Program-made: the position numbers and the translations under genes
Part shown: positions 51,501 to 62,154 of the stretch, piece by piece
Numbering within the stretch: position 1 is the first letter of the stretch
How the letters are laid out: the number at the start of each line of letters is the position of its first letter
The notes under the pieces: generated by a model
Seen by the model: the letters and a program-made list of their open reading frames with translations, nothing else
Databases searched by the model: none
Told to the model about the DNA's origin: nothing
Origin: Takakia lepidozioides
Lineage: Eukaryota; Plantae; Bryophyta
Assembly: GCA_030704615.1 (NCBI GenBank)
Contig: CM060732.1
Location: forward strand, 60,264,001-60,328,000
Length of the DNA: 64,000 nucleotides
Direction: 5' to 3'

Positions 51501-54473
51501 CAACGTCATTCAAGGACATTATCAATTCTAATCAGGGACACTATAATTACACCCTTAGATCCTAACCAGGTGAATTCATATACTCACTTAAGAATGACCC
51601 AGACAAAGAAGTGAATGTCGTCAACGACATTCAATCTGGATCTATGATTGCAATCTTTATGAAGCCACATTTTTTCCCAAAAAAAGCAGTAGAGTTTCAA
51701 GTATGACATTGCACCTGTACACAACTCGCATCATGGCCCACTCTCCTCCAACCTGACTGTCAAAGTCGTTGGACCGTAAAATGTTACCATCTTTGGAGAA
51801 CTCCCGGAAAAAACAGTATCTCCAGGTGAGACCTCTCCACTTCCTTATGTATGCCTCCAATGACATTTGGGGAGGGGAAACAATCGAAATGTTCAGGTCC
51901 TTCAAAGTCTGATCCAGCACAATGACGGCGCGCTTTTCGAGCTGCAAATAGTATATTTGTCAGAATTGCAAATAAGATACCCATCACATACTTGAAGAGA
52001 AGAAAACGGCATGTTTGAATACACACCTGACTCCAAAATGTAGCCTTGTGGAACCAGTTATCAAATACCAAATCACTGATTCCTTCCACCTTTGTGCCAG
52101 GCTATATGGTGTTATTTGGGAACTGATTCAAGTCCTTTACTGTTTGATCTGAGTTCCATATCTCCAGCCACCTTATTTTTGTTTGTGGGTCGACCATCGA
52201 TATGGCCAGCCGGTGCAATTTCTCCTGCTGCATCTCCGGATGCACATGCTTGTCATAGTGTGTTTTGATCTGCTGAAGGAACTCAGGACCAAGTCCAGGA
52301 TCTACTAGCTGCTTTCCGAAGGCGGACATCAATTTGGTTCTTCGCATTTCAAACTCCTTCTTTATTGCAGCTTCCACACCCTTTGATGTCCTTAGTTCCT
52401 CTAGTGTAGTGCGGTAATATTCGGATTTTCCCTTCTCAGCTGCCTTTGTCAGTTCTTGCTGCATTGATTCAAGTAGTGATTAGCTCCGAAGGGACTACAA
52501 ACATGTATTCGAAAAGTAAACAGAGTACAGACTCGGGCTTACCGCATACATGTACTCCATAAACGCCTCTCGTGTCAAAGAATACCAAGTGCCTGCAGCT
52601 CTTCCTGTTTCGCACTTCTTGATGATATTGGGTGGTAGTACTGTCCGAAAATCATCCAGCTTCATCAGACCAATCCTCGGAATAGTGTGTGAGCCAAGCT
52701 TGTTGTCACATGCGATTTCTCTGTCGATCTGCAAAAACATTGGAAACATTGCATTCCTTAACACTGTTTTTTGAGGATTAATAAGACACTACAGAGGGAA
52801 TGAAATCTCCTGGATGACTTACTTGTTCACGTCGTGCATAGCTGTAAGAAGCCTAGTTTCCAGGATCCAAAACCATTGCCTCCACAGCAACATGCTTGTC
52901 TTTGTCTTTCGCATGGTGTTTCTGAATGTATCCCATCCATGCCAGCAATCGGTGGTTGTCGTCCCAGACGTAGAACATGTGGTTGCAGAATTGCTGGGTG
53001 TTCTTTCCCATCATGAGGCCCAGCTCAAACTCCTCATTGGCATCTTTCCAGCACTCATCCCAGTTATCACTGATCTCTGGAGACACTAATGTGCTTTTCC
53101 CATTTATATCCGTCAGTGACACATAAAAAACTTGTGCACCAAGTCTATATCCATGCACAAAATCACTCTCCAATTTTGTTATGTCATGGGAAAGAAGTGG
53201 ACGCACAACAGGCATTGATATCATCCGGTACAGAGGGATGTCCAGACGCCCTCCAGATACGAGCATGTCCCTTATAACCTCCTGAGAGTTTACCTTCTGG
53301 AATGACATGAGTTCTTTCACCTTGTCAAGGTAGTGCACTTCAGATTCATCTGCTTCATCTGTATTCTCTGAGCTTTTTGCGGACTCGTCCCCATCTCCAG
53401 ATCCTTTCCCCTCTGATCCTGTAGGCTTCGACCTCACAGTTTTCTGCACGATGCCATTCAGTTCTGACTGAGTAATTTGCAAATAGTGAATGGCGGTAAC
53501 GACCATCACTCTGTCTCAAAGAAACTCACTATGAATGGTGTGAAACAATTCAGCACAATCTACACAAGCAAAGCTGATACTGCCGTATTCAAACAAAAGC
53601 GAGAGCGATAGCGAACGGCATTAACGACAATCACAAAAGATAACGACCTGCCGGATCGGTGTTGTGTAATGACATCTATGTGCAAGTGATTGGCGGCAAC
53701 GACATTCAGTATAGTTTAGGGCGGACAGTAAGTGCAGATTATTCAGATTGACTCCACTGTGATTACCGTCGCCAACATGGGAAGAGGAAGGACTGCTTGA
53801 AAGGTAATCAAACAGACTGTATGGTCTGAACAACGATGATTGACGGTATGCTGACCCTCACTCTCTCTTCAAACACATAGGTACATAAATCTCATGAGGA
53901 GAATCGAATGGCGTTAACGACGCTCGCAATTCAGTAGTTCCTGCTAAAGAAGGGAAGAGGAAGGACTCCTTGAAAGGCAATCAGATAGACTGTATGATCT
54001 GAACAACAGTGAATGACTGTACCGATAGTCACCCACTCATTGTGCGGTAAACCCTTAGCAGAGTAGTAGAAAGCAAATCACCTTTGATGGTCGGTAGCGA
54101 CAATCCCTGTCTGGGACATTCCACTCAATCTCTACGCATATCTTCAACAATGAAATGTAAGTTAGATAAAACTTACTGGCGCCTTCTTAGGTTTTGAAAT
54201 TGGATCCCCTTCTGCAGCTTTCCTCTTCCCTCTCACATCTGCTGGAATTTCTGTCTGCTCTAAGGTTTCTAGACCTTCTCCCGATTCGGCGTTCCGCGTT
54301 CTTCCACCTCCTTCAGTGTCCCTGCGAATCATCTCTGCCTCCACAGGCTGGCGCACTCTTATCGCCGATTGTGTCACAGCCGCTGCCTCAGTCTCCGTCT
54401 GCTCTTCTGAATCAGTCTCCGCATTCACCTGCTGCCTTGGCCCTGTGTTCTCCAACAAACGACGCCTCGTCAT
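48561..54473 (-). pseudogene. Spliced ParB/Srx-like + beta-class amino (N4C/N6A) DNA methyltransferase-like gene carried by the MULE; disrupted by stops and frameshifts
   Basis: ParB-like exon about 52830-53480 (VRPL..KL..F..GY...FYVWDDNHRLLAW, cf. DGxHR). MTase motif-IV exon 49670-50010 (ADIVILDIPDG...FLSDAGTLLLF). Motifs X-I-II across intron 49086-49179 (EKSPAFMQILLESCS...VVDLSVSTG|ATYHACKAGGRSLFGMEGD). Lesions near 52855, 52102, 50575 and 50190. Confidence 0.75.
50911..51633. repeat. Array of six 22-bp palindromes TGAATGTCGT-CA-ACGACATTCA in an intron of the ParB-MTase gene
   Basis: Copies start at 50911, 51017, 51178, 51285, 51491 and 51612, arranged as three higher-order A-B units. Confidence 0.93.
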
Positions 54474-55329
54474 TTGCTCTCTTGCTCTGCGTCTCTCTCT
54501 AAGGGAAGTAAAATAAAGAAACTTTCTTCTCTTTTGTATTGTAGAAAAAACCCTCTCCAGCTTGACTACCACTCTCTCTCTAAGCGCGAAAAGTAGAAAA
54601 ACGCAGTGACTCCCGATTTCTTGCGGGATTGCCTGCGTTCTTGCGTGTCTCTAGAAGCATCGGATTCCCTCTCGCGTGACCGTTACACATAGTTGTTCCC
54701 TTATTAGTGCACATGCCAGCAATTGGTGTACAGCTGTTCGTATTCAGTTATGGATGTCTGACTTGTGTCGCCCAAAATAAATGGCGTGTTCTTTATTAGA
54801 ACGGTTTCAATATTTAAAAATAACAGCGAATCCCAGAAATCTTGGCGCACAGTCTTACACAAATAAATGTAAATGAACGAGAGTTTGATGACAAATCTTG
54901 GAATATCATACACGGTCATCCTTGTTAGCCAAACCCCGCATTCGTTTCACATTTGGAACTTTCCAGGTGCGCATGATCATTGGTAGTAGTATAAAGATAC
55001 ATTTACTTAATCTGCAATCCCATCCTCAGATCCTATGGCATGCTTCCAGGAAGTCGGCTTTGTTATTGGGTTTATTGATGAGGTTCTGGTTAACGGTTTA
55101 ACAGCTGCCGACACTGCTCCTAGGGATACTCTGACCACTGGGCCCACAAGAAAAGTAATTAAAATGGACGGCTGCATATCTGGAAAGAATAACATAATAT
55201 GCACAGTCGTTGTCTGAGCTTCCTCCGCCATATTCTCTGCTCATTCTTCAACTGTGTTCTGGAGACATCAGTAAACCGATTTACACTAGATCTGCGATAG
55301 CAAGGTACAAACGTACGCGAGGAAGGAAG

Positions 55330-58290
55330 ATGACTTCCTCTGAAGCGGAGTTCTTCTCTGACGACAAACCAGTGCCGTTCTCCCAGGAAGTCCTTGACAA
55401 TGGATTTGCAATTGTTCTGGAACATGTCTTGGCTACCCGTTTTCAGCTGCAGAATGGCTCCATCTTTTTGGAGAAAGAGCCTTAAAGGGAAGTTGTTGAA
55501 ATACTCTTTCCAAAACCGTGATGAGACGGCTCATACGGTCGTTGAAGACAAGAGGGAGGTGGTGGTGAAAAAAGAACAGACGTCCTCCACTCCAATCGTT
55601 GAGCTTTCGGATTCTTCCGATGATGACATAAGTGAAATTCCAAATCCAGTCCTTCCTACTGTGGTTGGAGAAGCTGATGAAGAAGAGATTTGTAGTGTCA
55701 TTCCAAAATTGCGGGCGATGGGAGGAATGGCTGGATTCAAAAGTGAGTTGCGGGGAATTGATTGGGAATCTTTGAAGCAAGTGCCTGTGAAGTTCTTGCC
55801 AGAGACTTTTGATGGCGATATCCTATTCGAGCTGCCTCCTCCTCCGCGAGTTGGAGGTGTAACAATCATGATGCATGGAATGGACAAGAAACACGACGGG
55901 CACCCGTGGTGCAGAACAAAAACATCCAATATTCAGAATGATGACAAGCTTGTTTTCAGGAGGACAGTTTGCAATGGACACCTTAGGTGTGATAATTTGA
56001 ATTGCAGACACTTTCTTCAGTCTGGGGTTCATAATCAAAGCGAATGGGAGGGTCTGGCGGAAAATCCATTTCAGCCTGGGACTGCCCCTCCACCGGCAAA
56101 CACTTTCGTCTGCAAATTCTGCAAACTTGTGTCATCCTGCTTGGCGCTCTGCGGAGCAAGAATGTACTATGTTGTCCACCGTTTGAAAACAATGACAAGA
56201 GCTTGTGTGCATTTCGGATTCCATAACCATCCTGTCTCGAAGGGGGATTACAGGGAGAGTGTTGAGACAGTATCGAGGTTGATGAAACAGGAGTTCGGGA
56301 GAAACCCATCTGCAACAACATCTGCAATTGCTCTTGGCGCAAGCAAGTCCTTCTTGGAAAGCCATATTTTGAGTGAAGGGGATTCTGTGGGGACTAAACT
56401 TGACGGTGCAGCATTGGACCTGGTCATGGATCATTTCTCCACTTTAAGTTCACCGAACATTCGGCATCAGATCAATGCATTGAGAATGGGCTCTCGGATC
56501 AGAGGCTACATAGACAATATTTTGGAATTGAAACGAGTGAGCAAGTACGATTACATCCAGGACAATGTATTCCCAGGTCAAGGTGCCATCAAAGTTTTTC
56601 TTTTCAAAATGTCGACTGTTGGGGAGGGCAGTGGGGTTAGCCTCGTGAAGCGGATGCAGAAGACTGGGGACTTGCAGAACTGTTTTCTTATGTTTGATCA
56701 TGTGAAACGAGTGAAGGATTGGACAACAATGGCTTGTCATGTCTACGATCCAGTGTACCAACGAGTTATGACAATTGCAGTTTGTGACATGCAATCCGAG
56801 GATACGGAATCCCAGAAACTCATGTGGAATTCCCTGATACGTGTTATGGGCTGCCATGGGCTGCCATCTCCAAATTTTGCAGGTTTCATGGCGGATAGTG
56901 CTCAAGCAAATTTCAATGCTGTTCGTATTGTCTTCGGATCGGGCGACCCAAAAGTTCCAATGCGAGGAAGAGAGCGTACATGTCTATTCCACTGGCACAA
57001 TCTCTGGAAAAACATACAAAGTCGGACATCAAACCAAAGATGCAGACTCAGCACCGTAAATTGTGCAAAGAGTACAAAGATGCTAGAACAATGAAGGAGG
57101 CGGACACTTTGTTCCAGACAATTCGTGCCTGGTGGTTCTCTACTGGAGCTGCATCACTTGAGAGTATGAGAGCATTGGAAGATTGGCTGGCGTTTGGCAC
57201 TTCCGGTATAGACAGTGGGGAGCAGCCATGCCATTGGTACGAGGCTTATATTTATTGCTTTTTCATACATTTGCTTTCCATTTTATTGTGTCCTCGCTTT
57301 CTTTATGTTGTTTTCTCTTCACTGTTTTGAAGTGTGGTTCTGCACTTTGCAAAACATGTCCATTGAGGAAATGGCGGACATGCCATCTTGCAATTTGGCA
57401 GAAACTGTGCACAACGCATGGTTGCAGCAGTCTGGGAAACGAGGTCGGGATCTGTATGTGGCAACAACAGATGATTTGATACGTGCCTTGCAACAACAAA
57501 CCCGATACCGTGATTTCTTACGAGGTGGGGTTGGTGGCAAGGGTCCGGACAAATGGGAGTTGATGTTGCGTGCTGCAAACAGATCTGGGGATCCAATCAA
57601 GATAGCACGGGCGGTGAGCATGTATGCCCAGGGAACGCCACTTGTTTCTAGAGTTCCACATCTTGAAGGGGAGGAGAGATTCGGCTCCTGTAAGAGGAAA
57701 TTGAACACTCCACCTGGTTCGGATTCAGATTCCCATAGGGCAGACCGTGATAACTTCTCGAAGCCTCGTGTTCCCCTGCACGACAGCTCCATGTCCGGAA
57801 CCTCCATTGTGGAGGAACCTCCAACACGACGGCAAGCTCCAGCATCAAACAGTGCCACTGAAATGGTGCAGGAGAGAAACAACCCCCTTGATGTGCTTGA
57901 GTCCGCATGCCCCGACCACGTTTGGCACATAGAACGCACAAGTGTAGGGTCTCGTGTGAAATGTACAGCGATCAGGGCAACTAATTTTGAGAAGTGCACT
58001 TCATCTATATCCAAAGGTGGTGCCCGAACTCCTGCTCCGACTTTCACGGGCTTGATGCGTCCATACGGTCAACCAGAAGCCAAGAACCACAAGTTCTGGT
58101 TCTGCGCAGATGATTGTGCCAGATGTGTGCATGGAACTGTGCGTCCTTCCGTAGTGATGAAGCCATCTCCTCCAACCGTTTGGCCCGTGAAGGTGGGAAC
58201 ACATCTCAGCTTTCAGGAGATTGAAATGTTGGAGGAGGCAGGTTTTTCCCTTGCGAGACAACCCCAACTCTGGCGCGCTCTTTTTACCAT
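55330..58290 (+). pseudogene. Mutator-type DDE transposase with N-terminal GCM/WRKY-like Zn domain; frameshifted
   Basis: DGHPW..TS...RTVCNGHLRCDNLNC...CKFC...C...GFHNHP. Catalytic D (FDHVKR), D (MADSAQA), CxxH (CLFHW) and E (NLAETVH). Frameshifts near 55480, 56995 and 57195. Confidence 0.85.
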
Positions 58291-59048
58291 CGCAGGGACC
58301 TAGGCCGCGACTTTGCTCTTGTATCTGTCTTTCTGAGCTACTTGCAGGAAATCAAAAGCCCAGCCTGTCTTTCCCCGTTTATACATTCAGAGCTTCCATT
58401 ATGTGGCACATTTGGCGGACCAGATGCAGCTGGATTTTCAGTAGACAAACTGCAATTAACTCTCTAGCTTATCAGCCACCACGTCCTTCTGGTAGATAAA
58501 CACTAGAGAGAGCAAAATACATGTTCACCTACATGTCAGCATGCTGATGTGGCGGTAAATGATGACGTGGCACTGTCCGTCATCTGCCACGTCAGCATTA
58601 ACATGCGCCGCCTATAACCGTGGATGGTCCTATGACCGTGGAATTAATGCAGGGAATCTTGCCTAAATAGAATCAAGACGAGCGTTGAGGCCTACAATTG
58701 CAGCATCCAACATTGTGCAATTACACATGCTTGTTTCACTTTTACAATTACGAGGACGAAAAAATATCCTCACAAAGTGTGCGCCATAAAGGCTGCCACG
58801 GGAAGACCTTCCTCCCTCCTCAAATAACAATGAGAGTTAGGATCATCTTCAAAAGATGATTGTAGTGCATAGCGACAGCAAGACATGTAGACTTCGAACG
58901 GTGCAATGACAAATGTGCACTACCTAAAAGTTGTCACTCAGAGCTCACTCCGTATAGTTGGAGGCCATATCATTGCACCGCCGACGAATTGATGTGAATT
59001 ACACATTTCAAATCATGGTCGTCCACATACCACATTGCATAGTTGATG

Positions 59049-59505
59049 CTACCCATGTGTTGTATCCCGCTGCAAAAGAGTATTGACCTCGTTGAAACTC
59101 ATAGTGGCCTGGTGAATGAAGTTGTCACGTTTGGGATCGCAAATCATCCTCTTCAAAAATATGAAATACAAATGTTTGCAGGGTATGAATTTACCTCTCT
59201 TGCCCAAACTGGTTGATAGCATATTCACAAAATCAGGACATGTGCAATTGGGGAAATTGGAAACCGTGATGTCGTAGGTCCTATCATGAACAACAGATGT
59301 GGAAGTGATGATTGTGAATACCCGACCATATCCTGGATCGGGTACTTCCGTGGTGCTTCCAACACGAGCTTGGAGCATTCTTGCGGACTCCACTTTGCCA
59401 AAGTGTTCAGCGGTTGGAGGGAAACGCCGAACGAGCTTTCCATCTCGTTTGGTTGGCCACAAGTCAGGATTTGCCGGGGGGACCCGGGAGGACGCAGAAG
59501 TAGTA
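59049..59505 (-). pseudogene. SWIM zinc-finger coding segment, probably the inverted C-terminus of the MULE transposase
   Basis: YDITV..PNCTCPDF...PCKHLYF (CxC-xn-CxH). The frame begins abruptly beside the right TIR with no own start or promoter. Confidence 0.75.
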
Positions 59506-59649
59506 GCACAACGCTCACGCCACGTCAGCGTGTGTGCATGCTCACGCCATTGCGTCGTTGTAGACCATGCATGATAGTTTAAGGTGGTAACACTCCCTTC
59601 ACATTCCCATTAAGATATCATGCTTGGACACTGGATTTTATGATCAATT

Positions 59650-60870
59650 ATGGAGTGCTTTCCTTTCAGCACCCTTTATTCATTTGTTGTTGCAATTGGC
59701 TTTGGACCAACCCGTGCTGGTACCATTGCCATGGGTTCTGCCTGCAATGTTTTCTTGCCATGGATTCGGCACACGCCACGAAAGGCCATCCAGACCATCC
59801 TCTGGAAATGCTCCAATGTTGTTTCAAACATCTCCACATTGCAATGGATACAACACTGACATTAGATGAGTGAAAGTGAGACTAGACCTCCAGCCAGCCG
59901 GCTTTCCCACATCAAATTGAAGGGGATCTGTAGATTATAGATAACGGCTGTTGCCTTCTCAATGTCTTTTCCAATGACCTCTGCAATGAACTGGGGTATA
60001 AGATCCTTCAAATCACAAGTTTGAGCATCACGCACAAGCCATTTACGGGGATAGAGTTTCCAATGCGAACCATTGGTCTTTTATTGATAGTATTGTTGTA
60101 AAATACATGGACCAACATGGTCAATTTCGGGAATGACATATAGTACGCTTTCATGTACTATGTAAGCATGCAACTATGTACTAGTGACGTGGCTTGTTCG
60201 CCACTTAACCTGTTTGCCCATTCAGCCAGCTCCACATTGTCATGGATTTTGCATGCTGGATTGTGAGGCCATCCACACCGTCCTCTGGAAATGCTATCAT
60301 GGGGTTTCAGCTATGTCCACATTTCCCTGGATTATGCCTGCACGAAGCAAGGCCAACTGCATTCAGCACCCTCCACTTTATTATAGTATTGCAGCAACAT
60401 TCAAAGCATTTCAATTTGTATCCATCGAAAACATCTAGGCTGGAAAAAGACATTGTTGCAGCAGAACTTAGGAAAGTACTTCTCCCCTTCCACTACACAC
60501 GTGAAATGAAAGAAGCCAACCAACAGCATACCAGCCAAGAAAATATGAAACCAGCCAAGAAAAGAGCCAATATATGCAGTGAAGGTCGACACTAAATGAA
60601 ACTTATCCAACACTTACATTAGAGGAGGGAAGCTAAGTCTTACCTCCATAAGCTTGCCCACATCAAATTTGGGAGCTTTCAGAATTTCTCCTTTCCGGTT
60701 GAATGAATTTGGCTACAAGATCCTTCAAATCGCAAGTTTGAGCTTCACACACAATGAACTTGCAGGGATTGAGCTTCCAATGCGAACCAGGAGTCTTATA
60801 TTGATAGCATTGTTGTAAAACACATGGACCAACAATGACAGTCTCTGGAATGACATATAGTACAGCATGC
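59650..60870. repeat. Diverged internal duplications in the CACTA right arm containing cryptic ORF remnants on the minus strand
   Basis: 59905-60150 resembles 60655-60870 (offset about 717 bp in the AGATCCTTCAAATC and GGAATGACATATAGTAC cores). 59760-59850 resembles 60242-60330. Confidence 0.75.
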
Positions 60871-62154
60871 CGCTTCCAGTTGACCATCTACCCATGTAGG
60901 TTTCTTGTACCTATCCTTCCACATGGAATCATAGGTAATGTGGAGCTTGAAATCCAGCCCTCTTGGATGAATGTGGACCCACACTCTATCCCTGCTCCTT
61001 CAGCTATCCATGCCTCTGACAGCCTACAATTCTACCAGCAAACACCCCAACCATACTGGTGTGGAGTTCTTCCCCAAAAACACCCCAACCCTACTTATCA
61101 CAATCTGAAATGCATCTGCTTCTCTCTGTAGTCCAACAGGCATTCGCCTTTTTGTCTCCATTGTCCCACCATTGGGGTCGGAAAGTGTTCACCCCAAAGC
61201 TTCTCCTCACCTCTATTATATGTTTTTGGATACTTCCCTGCTGCCACACTGGCAGTAACTTGCCAAAGTCACTCCAAACCACCACAGATGTACCCAACGA
61301 CCTAACTTACAAAATTCAATATGCATCTTGCAGCCGAGTCTGATGAGAGGGCAACACAGGCTGAAATAGGTTGAAGAAGAAGGTGCCCTACCACATTGTC
61401 CTTGACCTGTCCTGACCCATGGAGGATTTGACCGATGACCTCTTGTGTGTGCTGCTTGTGTCTGTAGTCAGGTAATGTCGGATTGGTCTGTCAGATCGAA
61501 CCACTACGGCGTAGATGAGTAGTCAGAGATTGAAACACGCTTGCTAAGACCAAGCTGACTCTCCCAAGAACGGCGAGCTCGCTTGTCCTCGTCTCGTCTC
61601 CTCCTCCTCTTCTCCTTCGTGCATCATTTGTTCAACGCCTCCATCCCACGCCCCTGCATATCATGCTATCATCGCGTTCCATCCCTCAGCTATGTGGTGT
61701 GGCGCAGGAGACAAAAAGACGCCAAGTCCCAGCCCTCCTTTCTGTTCACGATTACACTAATGGGCAACCTTATTAGCAAAAATTTTAACTTTTTTAAACC
61801 TAATGGGCAACCTTATTTGCATTATATGTGCCTTCAAAATGACATGTGTAGTGATGTAGTCGTATAAATAGAGCTCTGAAACCATCTTCAGTCATGGAGT
61901 CATAAGATTCCATGAAACGTCGTCCACGTGTAGTCAAACATATCACACTAGTCATATAAACCATCCTTGTCATCATGGTCAACAATGTTTGACCAATGCT
62001 CCCTAACTTTCCGGAGTCATGTAGTGATATCCATTACTACAAAGTCATAAAACTAAAACTGTAATGCATTTCAGCGCTCTGTAGTCATGTACCTAATGCA
62101 GTTTTTATGACTCCGCCAAACCCGTAGTCCTAAAAACGCTCATCTCTTGTAGTG

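Larger units (their letters stand above)
47858..59560. mobile_element. Mutator-like element (MULE), 11.7 kb, nested in the CACTA just after the TnpD stop
   Basis: Perfect 9-bp TSD TAGACCATG at 47849-47857 and 59561-59569. Imperfect TIRs: left CAGGGATGCCTCGGCGTGAGCCTGCTCACA, right reverse complement CAACGACGCAATGGCGTGAGCATGCACACA. Internal MULE-type transposase. Confidence 0.87.
38040..62154 (+). mobile_element. CACTA (En/Spm) DNA transposon, about 12 kb excluding the nested MULE; right TIR intact, left TIR not found
   Basis: Right end CATCTCTTGTAGTG at 62141-62154 (reverse complement CACTACAAGAGATG). TnpD and TnpA-like genes inside. A shared ATGACTA/TAGTCAT motif occurs at about 38110-38420, 44000-44215 and 61850-62110. 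Confidence 0.8.

Noticed and set aside
50911-51633. CRISPR array
   Set aside because: Spacers are about 85-185 bp, uneven and similar to each other. There are no cas genes and the context is a eukaryotic intron.
57319-58047. 242-aa antisense ORF (and similar shadow ORFs over the PPR, LINE and TnpD)
   Set aside because: These are antisense or alternate-frame shadows of recognised coding sequence, with no motifs of their own.
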